The notes under the pieces are model-generated. The model ran no database searches. It was not told where the DNA came from and worked only from the letters and a program-made list of their open reading frames with translations. Positions 16,522-26,200 of a stretch of 41,237 nt of DNA are shown in pieces. The stretch spans positions 1 to 41,237 of the forward strand of contig DASUPQ010000468.1 in the NCBI GenBank assembly GCA_036280995.1, read 5' to 3'. A program made the position numbers and the translations under genes. The stretch comes from Actinomycetota bacterium. Lineage in GTDB: Bacteria; Actinomycetota; CALGFH01. The number at the start of each line of letters is the position of its first letter. The stretch's first letter is position 1.

Positions 16522-18024
16522 ATGGCGATCATCGAGGACCGCACGACCCGCGTCCGCACCTTCGACTCGACCAGCCCGGCCACCGGGGAGGTGGTGGGGA
16601 GCTTCCCGATGGACGGGCCCGAGCAGGTCGGGGCTGCCGTGGGCCGGGCCCGGGAGGCCCAGCGGGGCTGGGAGGAGCTGGGCTTCGACGGCCGCCGGCG
16701 GGCCCTGCTGGCCTACAAGGCGCTGCTGGTCCGCCGCACCGACGAGCTGGTCGCCCTGGTCCACCGGGAGAACGGCAAGCCGCACGCCGACGCCCTGATC
16801 GAGGTGCTGATGATCGTCGAGCACCTCGACTGGGCGGCCGGCAACGCCGCCCGGGTGCTGGGGCCGCGCCGGGTCCGGAGCACCCTGGTGCTGGCCAACC
16901 ACGCCGCCTCGGTCGAGTACCAGCCGCTGGGGGTGGTGGGCGTCATCGGGCCCTGGAACTTCCCGGTGTTCACCCCCCTGGGGTCGGTCGTCTACGCCCT
17001 GGCCGCCGGCAACGCCGTTGTCCTCAAGCCGAGCGAGCTGACCCCGGCGGTGGGCTGCTTCCTGGCCGACACCTTCGCCGAGGCCGTTCCCGGCCAGCCG
17101 GTGTTCCAGGTGGTGACGGGGGACGGGGCCACCGGCCACGCCCTCTGCCTGGCCGGGGTGGACAAGGTCGCCCTCACCGGGTCGCCGGCCACCGGCCGCA
17201 AGGTGATGGCCGCCTGCGCCGAGCGCCTCACCCCGGTGGTGCTGGAGCTCGGCGGCAAGGACGCCATGGTGGTGGACGCCGACGCCGACCTGGACGCCGC
17301 CGCCGACCAGGCGGTCTGGGGCGGCATGGCCAACGCCGGCCAGACCTGCCTGGCCACCGAGCGCGTCTACGTGGTCGACGCCGTCTACGAGCCGTTCCTG
17401 GAGCGGCTGGTCGAGCGGGCCTCGCGGGTCCGGCCCGGGAGCGGCCCCGACGCCGACTTCGGCCCTATCACCCTGCCCCGGCAGCTGGAGGTCATCCGGC
17501 GGCACCTCGACGACGCCTTCGCCCGCGGGGCCAGGGCCCTGGTCGGCGGCCCGGACGCGGTCCGCCCGCCCTACGTCGACCCGGTGGTGCTGGTCGACGT
17601 GCCCGCCGACGCCCTGGTCATGCGGGAGGAGACCTTCGGCCCGGTCCTGCCCGTGACCAGGGCCCGCGACGCCGGCCACGCCGTCGCCCTGGCCAACGCC
17701 AACCCCTACGGCCTCGGCGCGGCCGTGTTCGCCGGCCGCGGCGCCGGCCGCATCGCCCGGGCCCTGCGGGCGGGCAGCGTCAGCATCAACTCGGTGCTGA
17801 CCTTCGCCGGCATGCCGTCGCTGCCCATGGGCGGGGTGGGGGAGTCCGGCTTCGGCCGCGTCCACGGCCCCGACGGCCTGCGCGAGCTCTCCCGGGCCAA
17901 GGCCGTCAGCCGCCAGCGGCTCCCGCTGCCGTTCGGCATGCAGAGCTTCGACCGCCCCGGCTTCGTGCTCCCCGCCGTCAAGGCGGCCATGAAGCTCCGC
18001 CACGGCCGCGCCCCCCGTCCGTAA
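16522..18024 (+). CDS. NAD(P)-dependent aldehyde dehydrogenase
   Basis: 500 aa. It has [21 protein letters not shown] and the catalytic-Cys region [12 protein letters not shown], plus EETFGPVL. Confidence 0.9.
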   Translation: MAIIEDRTTRVRTFDSTSPATGEVVGSFPMDGPEQVGAAVGRAREAQRGWEELGFDGRRRALLAYKALLVRRTDELVALVHRENGKPHADALIEVLMIVEHLDWAAGNAARVLGPRRVRSTLVLANHAASVEYQPLGVVGVIGPWNFPVFTPLGSVVYALAAGNAVVLKPSELTPAVGCFLADTFAEAVPGQPVFQVVTGDGATGHALCLAGVDKVALTGSPATGRKVMAACAERLTPVVLELGGKDAMVVDADADLDAAADQAVWGGMANAGQTCLATERVYVVDAVYEPFLERLVERASRVRPGSGPDADFGPITLPRQLEVIRRHLDDAFARGARALVGGPDAVRPPYVDPVVLVDVPADALVMREETFGPVLPVTRARDAGHAVALANANPYGLGAAVFAGRGAGRIARALRAGSVSINSVLTFAGMPSLPMGGVGESGFGRVHGPDGLRELSRAKAVSRQRLPLPFGMQSFDRPGFVLPAVKAAMKLRHGRAPRP

Positions 18025-18034
18025 CCAGGGGTCG

Positions 18035-18484
18035 TCAGCCGAGCTTGCGGTGATCCCAGCTCGACACCCGGGTCGGGTGGAAGCGGATCCCGACCCGCTT
18101 GGCCGCCTGGGGGGCGAGGGCGGCGCGCAGGTCCGGACCGGGGGTGCCGCCGTGGCGGACGGCCAGGGCGACGCCGATGTCGAGGACCAGCTCGGGGTCG
18201 CGGACCAGCTCGGCGTCGCACTCCATGCTCACCCCGCGCAGCTCCTGGTAGGTCGTGCCGGTCTCGGTCAGCAGGGTGGCCCGGGGGTCGCGCTCCAGGT
18301 TGCGGGCCTTCTGGGAGGCGGCGTAGGTCCAGCAGTCGAGGCGCCCGCCCGCCGGCACGTACCACAGGGCGACCAGGTGGGGCCGCCCCCCGGGGCCGAT
18401 GGTGGCGCAGGTCACCGTGCGCTGGGCGTCCAGGAAGGCGGCCAGCTCGGCCTCGCTCATGCGGATCTGGCGGCGGCGGTCCAT
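18035..18484 (-). CDS. Pyridoxamine 5'-phosphate oxidase family / PPOX-class F420-dependent oxidoreductase
   Basis: 149 aa. The sequence reads [34 protein letters not shown]...[16 protein letters not shown], the split-barrel PPOX signature. Confidence 0.75.
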   Translation of the reverse strand: MDRRRQIRMSEAELAAFLDAQRTVTCATIGPGGRPHLVALWYVPAGGRLDCWTYAASQKARNLERDPRATLLTETGTTYQELRGVSMECDAELVRDPELVLDIGVALAVRHGGTPGPDLRAALAPQAAKRVGIRFHPTRVSSWDHRKLG

Positions 18485-18540
18485 GCCGGAAGTCTACGGC
18501 CGCGACGCTGGTAGCCTGGCCCGATCGTTCCAGGGAGGAG

Positions 18541-19425
18541 GTGACGGCGGTGCCGGTGCCCGCGCGCGTGCTCACCATCGCCGGTTCCGACTCCGGCGGC
18601 GGGGCCGGGATCCAGGCGGACCTCAAGACGTTCCTGGCCCACGGCGTCCACGGCATGTCGGCCGTCACCGCCGTGACCGTGCAGAACTCCATCGGGGTGC
18701 AGGGCTTCTACGAGCTGGAGCCCCGGGCCGTGTTCGAGCAGATCGAGTCGGTGGCCACCGACATCGGGGTCGACGCGGCCAAGACCGGGATGCTGGCCTC
18801 GGCTCCGATCATCGAGGCCGTTGCCGGGGCCGTCGAGCGCTTCGGCCTGCCCAACCTGGTGGTCGACCCGGTGGCGGCGTCCAAGCACGGCGACCCGCTG
18901 CTGCGTCCCGACGCCGTCCAGGCCCTGCGCGAGCGGCTGGCCCCACTGGCCACCGTCATCACCCCCAACCTTGGCGAGGTGAAGGTCCTGACCGGGGTCG
19001 AGGTGCGCGACCGGGGCGACCTGCTCGCCGCCGCCCGGGCGGTGCACGAGCTGGGGCCGCGCTGGGTGCTGGTCAAGGGCGGGCACCTGCCTGGCGGTCA
19101 CGCCGTAGATCTGTTATTCGACGGCGGCCACGCGGTCGAGCTGACCGCCCCCCGCCTGGCCACCCCGCACACCCACGGGACCGGCTGCACCCTGGCCTCG
19201 GCCATCGCCGCCAACCTGGCCTCCGGCCTGGACGTGGCCACCGCCGTCCAGGAGGCCAAGCGCTACCTGTCGGGGGCGATCGCCGGCGGCTTCCCGCTCG
19301 GCAAGGGCATCGGCCCCACCGACCACGCCTGGCGGTTCCGGGCCGCCGGCCTGCTCCGCCCCGGCGGCCCCAGCCACCCCACGCCCGTGCCCTGGCCGTA
19401 CGGGCCCAACCCCTACGAGGGCTGA
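18541..19425 (+). CDS. thiD: Hydroxymethylpyrimidine/phosphomethylpyrimidine kinase
   Basis: GTG follows GGGAGGAG. The sequence reads [22 protein letters not shown]...TPNLGE...[12 protein letters not shown]. An approximately 35-aa Pro-rich C-terminal extension is present. Confidence 0.9.
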   Translation: MTAVPVPARVLTIAGSDSGGGAGIQADLKTFLAHGVHGMSAVTAVTVQNSIGVQGFYELEPRAVFEQIESVATDIGVDAAKTGMLASAPIIEAVAGAVERFGLPNLVVDPVAASKHGDPLLRPDAVQALRERLAPLATVITPNLGEVKVLTGVEVRDRGDLLAAARAVHELGPRWVLVKGGHLPGGHAVDLLFDGGHAVELTAPRLATPHTHGTGCTLASAIAANLASGLDVATAVQEAKRYLSGAIAGGFPLGKGIGPTDHAWRFRAAGLLRPGGPSHPTPVPWPYGPNPYEG

Positions 19426-19429
19426 CTCC

Positions 19430-19873
19430 ATGGCTTCACGCAAGGCGACGCTGGTGGCCAGGGCCCTGGTCGTCCACGACGGCAAGGTGCTGGCCGCCCA
19501 CCACCGCCACGCCAGCGGCGACGACTTCTGGTGCCTGCCCGGCGGCAAGGCCAAGCCTGACGAGCGGGTCGAGGACGCGGCCCGGCGCGAGCTGCTGGAG
19601 GAGACCGGCCTGCCCATCGGCCTGGCCGGCGTTCTCTGGCTCCAGGACCTGGTCGACGAGGACGAGTTCGTGGTCGTGTTCGCCGGCTGGCTGGCCGCCG
19701 GCCACGACGGCGTCCTCGACATCGAGCCCAACCCGTCCGGGGACCGGAACCTGGCCGAGGTCGCCTGGAAGACCCCCGAGGAGCTGCTGGCCGGCGACTT
19801 CCGCCCCGAGGGCCTGCTCAAGCTGCTCGACCTCGGCAACCTCCCCGAGCTGTCCCGGCCCGAGGTCTCCTAG
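19430..19873 (+). CDS. NUDIX hydrolase
   Basis: The Nudix box is GGKAKPDERVEDAARRELLEETGL. The gene starts 4 nt after the thiD stop. Confidence 0.85.
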   Translation: MASRKATLVARALVVHDGKVLAAHHRHASGDDFWCLPGGKAKPDERVEDAARRELLEETGLPIGLAGVLWLQDLVDEDEFVVVFAGWLAAGHDGVLDIEPNPSGDRNLAEVAWKTPEELLAGDFRPEGLLKLLDLGNLPELSRPEVS

Positions 19874-19914
19874 GGCGAGAACCGCAGGCCCTGCCGTTCG
19901 ACGACGGTCGCCGG

Positions 19915-20562
19915 CTAGCCACCCTCGCCGACGGCCGGCTCGCGGCGCAGCAGCTCGGCCAGGGTGTCGTTGACCTCGGCGGGGGAGAGGCCGCCGGCGA
20001 CCAGCCGCTCCGGCTCCAGCGGGCGCAGGCGCTGGCAGAAGGCGATCGCCTCCTCGACCGGCCCGGGGTCCAAGGGCCGCTCGTCGATCAGCTCGAACAG
20101 GGCGTCCTCGGCGTCGGCGTAGCGCCCCAGCGCCTCCAGCACCCTGGCTGTGGCCAGGCGCTGGGCCGCCGACAGTTCCAGCTCCCCGGCCCGGTCCAGC
20201 AGCTCGCCGGCCAGCCGCTGGTCGAGCAGCCGCTCGGACCGCGCGGCCAGGCAGCCGGCCAGGGCGAGGGCCCGCCGGTAGCGCAGCGCCGCCTCCCCGG
20301 GCTGGCCGGCCCCCTGGTACAGGTCGGCCTCGGCCTTGAGCAGCTCGAGGGCCAGCGCCACCCGCCGCAGGTCCGGGTTCGACCCGGAGGTGAGCAGGTC
20401 CACCAGCTGCCCGTCGTCGAGCACGGCCACGACCCGGCTCCCGACCCCGATCAGCGGCTTGTACGCCTCGTCGAACATGCCCAGCGCCTCGTCCCCCCGC
20501 CCGGCCTTGGCCAGCCCCATAATGGCGGCGAGCATCCGCCCGACCTGCTCGATCTGGCGCAT
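19915..20562 (-). CDS. Hypothetical all-helical (TPR-like) protein
   Basis: 215 aa with coding-like codon bias. It contains repeated amphipathic helix pairs (ALALELLKAEADLYQGAGQPGEAALRYRRALAL...). I recognise no enzymatic motif. Confidence 0.4.
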   Translation of the reverse strand: MRQIEQVGRMLAAIMGLAKAGRGDEALGMFDEAYKPLIGVGSRVVAVLDDGQLVDLLTSGSNPDLRRVALALELLKAEADLYQGAGQPGEAALRYRRALALAGCLAARSERLLDQRLAGELLDRAGELELSAAQRLATARVLEALGRYADAEDALFELIDERPLDPGPVEEAIAFCQRLRPLEPERLVAGGLSPAEVNDTLAELLRREPAVGEGG

Positions 20563-20651
20563 CAGGTAGTCGCGCTGGTACAGGGGTACCCCTCCTCGCC
20601 GGGACGGCCGGGCATCGCCAGTATGGCGGTCAGCGACACTGAGAGGAGCCC

Positions 20652-21758
20652 ATGAGCGACCACGAACGGCCGGAGGTTCCCCCGGCGCTGCGGCGGCTGG
20701 CCGCCTGGAGCTGGCGGCTGCTGGTCGTGCTGGCCGCCGCCGGGCTCGTGCTCTACCTGTTCATCCTGCTCAAGGTCATCGTCGTGCCGGTGATCGTGGC
20801 CCTGTTCCTGGCCACCCTGCTGGTCCCCCTGGTGGACTGGCTCCAGGCCCGCGGCTGGAAGCACCTGCCGGCGGTGCTGGCCGTCTTCGGCGGGGCCGTG
20901 CTGCTGATCGCGGCCATCATCGCCGGGTTCGTCCCGCTGATCGGCAACGAGCTGGAGACGCTGCGCCAGCGGGCCGATGAGGGCGTGGCCGAGGTCCAGC
21001 GCTACATCGCCTCACGCCCGTTCGGGCTCAGCGAGGCCGACCTCAACCGCTATCTGGACCAGGCCCGCGAGCGCTTCACCGAGAACTCGAGCGGCCTGAC
21101 CCGGGGCGCGGTCGCGGGCGTGACCGTGGTCGGGGAGGTCGTCACCGGGCTGATCCTGTGTCTGTTCCTGACCTTCTTCTTCGTCAAGGACTCCGAGCGC
21201 TTCACCCGCTGGATCCTCGACTTCGCCGGCCGCCACCGCGAGGCCCACCTGCGCGAGATCGGCACCCGCTCGGCCATCGCGGTCAGCGGGTATCTGCGCG
21301 GCCAGGCCACCGTGGGCCTGGTCGACGGCCTGTTCATCGGGATCGGGCTGGCGGTGCTGGGCGTCCCCTTGGTCGTCCCGCTGGCCTTCTTGACCTTTGT
21401 GGCCGCGTTCCTGCCGCTGGTCGGCGCGTTCGTCGCCGGCGCCCTGGCCGCTCTGGTCGCCCTGGTCACCAAGGGCCTGACGACCGCCCTGCTGGTGGTC
21501 GGCCTGACGGTGCTGGTGCAGCAGCTGGAGGGCCACCTGCTGGCCCCGCTGCTGCTGGGCCGGGCGGTGTCTCTGCACCCGGTGGTGATCATCCTCGCCC
21601 TGGCCGCCGGGGCCATCCTCGGCGGCATCATCGGGGCGTTCCTGGCCGTGCCGATCGCCGCCGTGGTCACCGCCGTCGGCACCTACCTGCGCGGCGAACC
21701 GGCCGGCGAGCCCGCGGACGCGGGCGAGCCGGAACCCGAGACCAGCGGCCGGACGTGA
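20652..21758 (+). CDS. AI-2E family transporter (PerM/UPF0118)
   Basis: 368 aa with about 8 hydrophobic segments. The conserved tail reads LLVVGLTVLVQQLEGHLLAPLLLGRAVSLHPVVIILALAAGAILGGIIGAFLAVP. The ATG follows GAGAGGAG. Confidence 0.85.
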   Translation: MSDHERPEVPPALRRLAAWSWRLLVVLAAAGLVLYLFILLKVIVVPVIVALFLATLLVPLVDWLQARGWKHLPAVLAVFGGAVLLIAAIIAGFVPLIGNELETLRQRADEGVAEVQRYIASRPFGLSEADLNRYLDQARERFTENSSGLTRGAVAGVTVVGEVVTGLILCLFLTFFFVKDSERFTRWILDFAGRHREAHLREIGTRSAIAVSGYLRGQATVGLVDGLFIGIGLAVLGVPLVVPLAFLTFVAAFLPLVGAFVAGALAALVALVTKGLTTALLVVGLTVLVQQLEGHLLAPLLLGRAVSLHPVVIILALAAGAILGGIIGAFLAVPIAAVVTAVGTYLRGEPAGEPADAGEPEPETSGRT

Positions 21759-21776
21759 GGCCTGGCGAGCCCCATC

Positions 21777-22943
21777 TCAGGTGACCCCGGAGGGTCGGAG
21801 CGTCTCGGGGGTTCGCAGGATCAGGGCCAGCGCGACCGCCGTGGGCACCGCGGCCAGAACGAACGCCCAGCCGAACCCGACCACCGGGACCGCCCAGCCC
21901 GCCAGGAGCGGCCCCACGGTGAACCCGAGGTCGCCGCAGAACCGGAACACGCCCACGGCGGTCCCTGACACCTGGGCCGGCGCGACGTCGGACAGCATCG
22001 CGCCCGGCGGCACTCCGGCCGCGCCCGACATCACGCCGAGCACCGCCAGCACCACACCGAGCAGCAGTGGGGTCGGGGCCAGACCGATCGCGGCGGTGGC
22101 CACGGCCAGCCCGGCGAGCGCCGGCACCAGCACGGGCTTGCGGCCGCGCTGGTCGGCGACGCTGCCGGCCGGGTAGAGGACCACGAGCTCGGCCGTCAGC
22201 GCGATCGCGAACAGCACCCCGATCCCCACCGTCGACAGCCCGAGCACGTCACTGGCGAACAGTGGGACGAGGGTGTCGAACACCACCGCCACCATCCACA
22301 GGTAGGCGAAGTTCGTCACCACCACCGGGACCAGCCCGGGAGTCCGCAGCAGCCGGGCCAGGCCGCCGCCCTCGGCGGAGGTCGGCCGGGGGATGCCCTC
22401 GGCCGGCGCCGGGCCGGGCCGGGCGGCGGAGTCGAGGACCAGCCACAGGACGGCGGCCATGGCCACCACCACAGCGTTGACGAGCAACGGCCCGGCCAGG
22501 CCGAGGCGGTGGGCGACCACGCCACTGGCGGCCCCGCCGGCCACGAAGCCGGTGTTGAACGCGCCGTAGAAGATCCCCAGGGTGCGGGCCATCTGCTGGG
22601 TCGGGACGACCCGTAGCACGCGGGTGTACAAGGCGGCCAGGGCGATGGCCGAGCCGACCCCGGCGGCCGCCCAGGCGGCCACCGCCATCGCGAAGCTGGA
22701 GGCGATCCCGGTCAGCGCGGAGCCGGCCGCGATCACCGCCAGCCCACCCGCCGCCGTGGCCCGCTCGCCAAGGCGGTCGACGATCCGACCCGCGGCCAGG
22801 TCGAAGACCAGACGGGCCAGGCCGTAGGCCGACACCAGCAGGCCCACGGCGCCGTAGCCGACGCCGAAGGACCGGGCGAACAACGGCAGGATCGGCAGGA
22901 CCAGCCCCGCCCCCGCCATCACGATGAAGACGACCAGGACCAC
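21777..22943 (-). CDS. MFS transporter
   Basis: 388 aa with about 12 hydrophobic segments. MFS loop motifs are present (GRIVDRLGER and DQRGRKP). Confidence 0.8.
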   Translation of the reverse strand: MVLVVFIVMAGAGLVLPILPLFARSFGVGYGAVGLLVSAYGLARLVFDLAAGRIVDRLGERATAAGGLAVIAAGSALTGIASSFAMAVAAWAAAGVGSAIALAALYTRVLRVVPTQQMARTLGIFYGAFNTGFVAGGAASGVVAHRLGLAGPLLVNAVVVAMAAVLWLVLDSAARPGPAPAEGIPRPTSAEGGGLARLLRTPGLVPVVVTNFAYLWMVAVVFDTLVPLFASDVLGLSTVGIGVLFAIALTAELVVLYPAGSVADQRGRKPVLVPALAGLAVATAAIGLAPTPLLLGVVLAVLGVMSGAAGVPPGAMLSDVAPAQVSGTAVGVFRFCGDLGFTVGPLLAGWAVPVVGFGWAFVLAAVPTAVALALILRTPETLRPSGVT

Positions 22944-23008
22944 GGCGATGACACGGCGGTCCGACAGGATCGTCCCGATCCCGGCCTGTGGCTCCTGGTC
23001 CGGGCCCG

Positions 23009-23200
23009 CTAGACCGCCCGGCGGACCTTGTTGGCCTTGATGCAGGAGGTGCAGACGTTGCGGCGGCGCGGCGTCCGACCTTCCAGGATGCGGATGCGCT
23101 GGATGTTGGGGTTCCAGCGCCGCGGGCTCCGCTTGTGGGAGAAGCTCACCTTCATGCCGAAGCCCGGGTGCTTGCCGCAGATGTCGCAGACGGCGGCCAT
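23009..23200 (-). CDS. rpmB: 50S ribosomal protein L28
   Basis: 63 aa: [59 protein letters not shown]. The ATG follows GAGGAAGG. Confidence 0.9.
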   Translation of the reverse strand: MAAVCDICGKHPGFGMKVSFSHKRSPRRWNPNIQRIRILEGRTPRRRNVCTSCIKANKVRRAV

Positions 23201-23285
23201 CGTCGAAGGACCTTCCTCAAGAGTGGGGTTGCGCGAGTTCACGAGCGCCGGGAGAGGGTAGCACGGGCTCGTCCGAGGCCGCACC

Positions 23286-23291
23286 TATACT
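23286..23291 (+). promoter_or_regulatory. -10 hexamer TATACT placed 6 nt before the recG GTG (leaderless-mRNA candidate)
   Basis: TATACT is followed by gggccg and then GTG (23298). No SD is present and I see no convincing -35 element. Confidence 0.35.
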
Positions 23292-23297
23292 GGGCCG

Positions 23298-26200
23298 GTG
23301 GCCGAGACCCGAGCTCCCGACCCGCTCGGCACCCCGCTGGCCAAGGCCCCCGGGGTGTCGGCGCCGCTGGCCAGGACCCTGGAGGAGTCGTTCGGCTACC
23401 GCACCGTCCGTGACCTGCTGGAGCACTACCCGCGGCGCTACCTGACCAGGGGCGAGCTCACCGACCTGGCCCACGCCAAGAAGGGCGCCGAGGTCACCCT
23501 CGTCGGCACCGTCCGCAACCTGGCCAAGAAGCAGCCCCGGCGCAACCTCCGCATCCTCGAGGTCCGGGTGGTCGACGACAGCGGCGCCTGGGTCTGCACC
23601 TGGTTCAACCAGCCCTGGCACGCCCAGAAGCTGACCGTGGGCACGGTCGCCGCCTTCTCGGGCAAGCTCGCCTGGAAGGCCGGCCGCCTCGGCATGGCCA
23701 ACCCCGGCTACGAGGTCCTGCGCGAGGGCGACGACCCCGAGGGGTTCGCCAACGAGGTCATCCCCGTCTACCCGGCCAGCAAGGAGGTCTCCTCGGGCCG
23801 GATCCGCCGGGCCGTCGGCGCCCTCCTCGACCGCTACGGCGACGTCCCCGACTTCGTGCCCGAGCCGCTGCGCCGGGCCCACGGCCTGCCCGGCCGGGCC
23901 GGCGCCCTTGAGGCCATCCACCGCCCCGGCGACCGCAAGGAGGCGACCCGGGCCCGCGACCGCCTGGTCTACGACGAGCTGTTCGTCCTCCAGGTCGGCC
24001 TGGCCCTGCGCCGCCGCGCCCAGGAGGCCGGCCAGCACGGCCAGCCCCTCCAGACCGACGGCGACCTCACCAAGCGCCTCCTGGCCAGCCTCCCCTACCA
24101 GCTCACCGGCGCCCAGTCCCGGGTCATGGCCGAGATCGGCGCCGACCTGTCCCGTCCCAAGCCGATGCACCGTCTCCTCCAGGGGGAGGTCGGCAGCGGC
24201 AAGGCCCAACCCATCCACTCGCTGGTGCTCACGCCGAGCGGATTCAAGCGGATGGGTGCCATCGAGGTCGGTGACGAGGTTGTCAACCCGACGGGGGAGA
24301 TCACCGTCGTGACCGGCGTGTTCCCCCAAGGCCTCCGTGACACCTGGCGGGTGGTGTTCTCGGACGGCACCAGCGCCGAGTGCGACGACGAGCATCTGTG
24401 GCTGGTCAAGACGTCCTGCGGTTGGCACCGGGGCGACACGCCGCATGTCAGGACGACCCGCGAGCTGCGACGCGATCTCACCAAGAGGAACGGCTCCTCC
24501 AAGTGGTACATCCCGGTGGCGGCCGCCGCCGAGCTGGAGTGCGGCGAGGAGCGTCCGATGGACCCCTACCTCCTCGGGCTGCTCCTCGGCGACGGCTCCT
24601 TCCGGGCGAATCTGATGATCTCGACGGCTGACCAGGAGATCGTGGAGGCCGTTGCCGAGGCGCTACCGCCGGACTGCTACCTCAAGCGCGAGCCGTCCAG
24701 GCCGTACGACTACCTCATCCGACGTCGGTTCCGGACGAACCAGTACGACCCACATCCGGTGGCTGCCGCCCTGAAGCGGCTCGGCCTGCGTGGCGCGCGC
24801 TCTCGCGACAAGCACGTCCCTCGGGCCTATCTGATCGCTCCGAGCAAGGTGCGCCACGCGGTGCTGCAGGGGCTGCTCGACACCGACGGCACGCTCAACG
24901 CAGAGCAGGGCAGCAACGTCACCTTCCTCTCGGCGTCCCGGCAGCTCGCTGCCGACGTTCAGTGGCTGGTCGCGTCCCTCGGGGGCGTCGCTCGGCTCCG
25001 TCCGGTCAAGAAGGTAGGCGAGGTCCACTTCCTCGTCAGTGTCCGGCTCCCGAACGAGTACCCCCCGTTCCGGCTGCGCCGGAAGGCCGAGCTGCTGCGG
25101 CCGCCGACGAAGTACCATCGGTTCCGGCGGGCGATCCGCAGGATCGAGCACGTCGGCCTCAGGCCCGTCCAGTGCATCTCGGTCGCGCATCCGAACCAGC
25201 TCTACGTCACCGATCATTTCGCGGTCACCCATAACACGGTGGTGTCCCTCTGGGCCCTGCTGTGCGCGGTGCAGTCGGGGATGCAGGGAGCGATCATGGC
25301 CCCGACCGAGGTGCTGGCCGACCAGCACGGCATCAACCTCCGGGGGCTGCTGGAGCCGCTGGGGGAGGGCGGGGGGCTGTTCGGGGGGCCGCGGGTCGAG
25401 GTGCTGACGGCGGCCACCACCGGGGCGGCCCGGCAGCGGATCCTGGACGGGGTGGCCGCCGGCGAGGTCGACCTGCTGGTCGGCACCCACGCGCTGCTGT
25501 CGGAGGGGGTGGAGTTCCGGCGGCTGGGCGCGGTCGTGGTCGACGAGCAGCACCGCTTCGGCGTCCACCAGCGGGTGCGGCTGCGCGAGAAGGGCGACAG
25601 CCCGCACGTGCTGATCATGACCGCGACCCCGATCCCGCGGACGCTGGCCCTGACCCTGTACGGCGACCTGGACGTGTCCACCCTTGACGAGCTGCCGCCG
25701 GGCCGGACCCCGATCGCCACCCACGTGGTCGCCGACGCCACCCTGCGGGAGCGGGCCTATACGCGGGTCCGGGAGGAGGTGGCCGCCGGCCACCAGGCGT
25801 ACGTGGTCTGCGCCCTCAAGGACGAGTCGGACAAGGTCGAGGTCCGCTCGGCCAAGGCCGAGGCCGAGCGGCTCCGGGCCGAGGTCTTCCCTGATCTACA
25901 ACTCGGGCTGGTCTACGGCGACATGCCGGCCCGCGAGAAGGAGGCGACCATGGACCGCTTCCGGGCCGGCGAGGTCGACGTGCTCGTCTCCACCACCGTG
26001 ATCGAGGTCGGCGTCGACGTGCCCAACGCCACCGTGATGCTGATCGAGGACGCCGACCGCTTCGGCCTGTCCCAGCTCCACCAGCTCCGGGGGCGGGTCG
26101 GGCGGGGCCGGGCCCCCGGGCTGTGCATCCTGTTCGCCGACCCCCTGACCGACGAGGGCCGGGCCCGCATGGACGCCATCGCCCGCACCAACGACGGCTT

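Noticed and set aside
16305-16583. N-terminal extension of the amine oxidase track ORF
   Set aside because: The extension precedes the FAD-binding GxGxxG, which normally lies at the extreme N-terminus. An SD-preceded GTG at 16304 is the better start.
15051-18053. 1000-aa plus-strand ORF across the amine oxidase and aldehyde dehydrogenase loci
   Set aside because: It is out of frame with the real aldH and antisense to the oxidase. The translation is low-complexity Pro/Arg/Gly sequence.
18485-18540. Possible TPP riboswitch upstream of thiD (and thiL)
   Set aside because: The thiD upstream gap is only 56 nt and lacks the CUGAGA / ACCUGAUCUGGAUAAUGCCAGCG-type elements. thiL has no upstream gap at all.
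20350-20375. tRNA T-arm-like hairpin TCCGG-GTTCGAC-CCGGA
   Set aside because: The loop register does not fit the TTCRA consensus. No complementary acceptor strand (gctcacc) lies about 65 nt upstream. The hairpin sits inside a coding region. I found no tRNA anywhere in the window.
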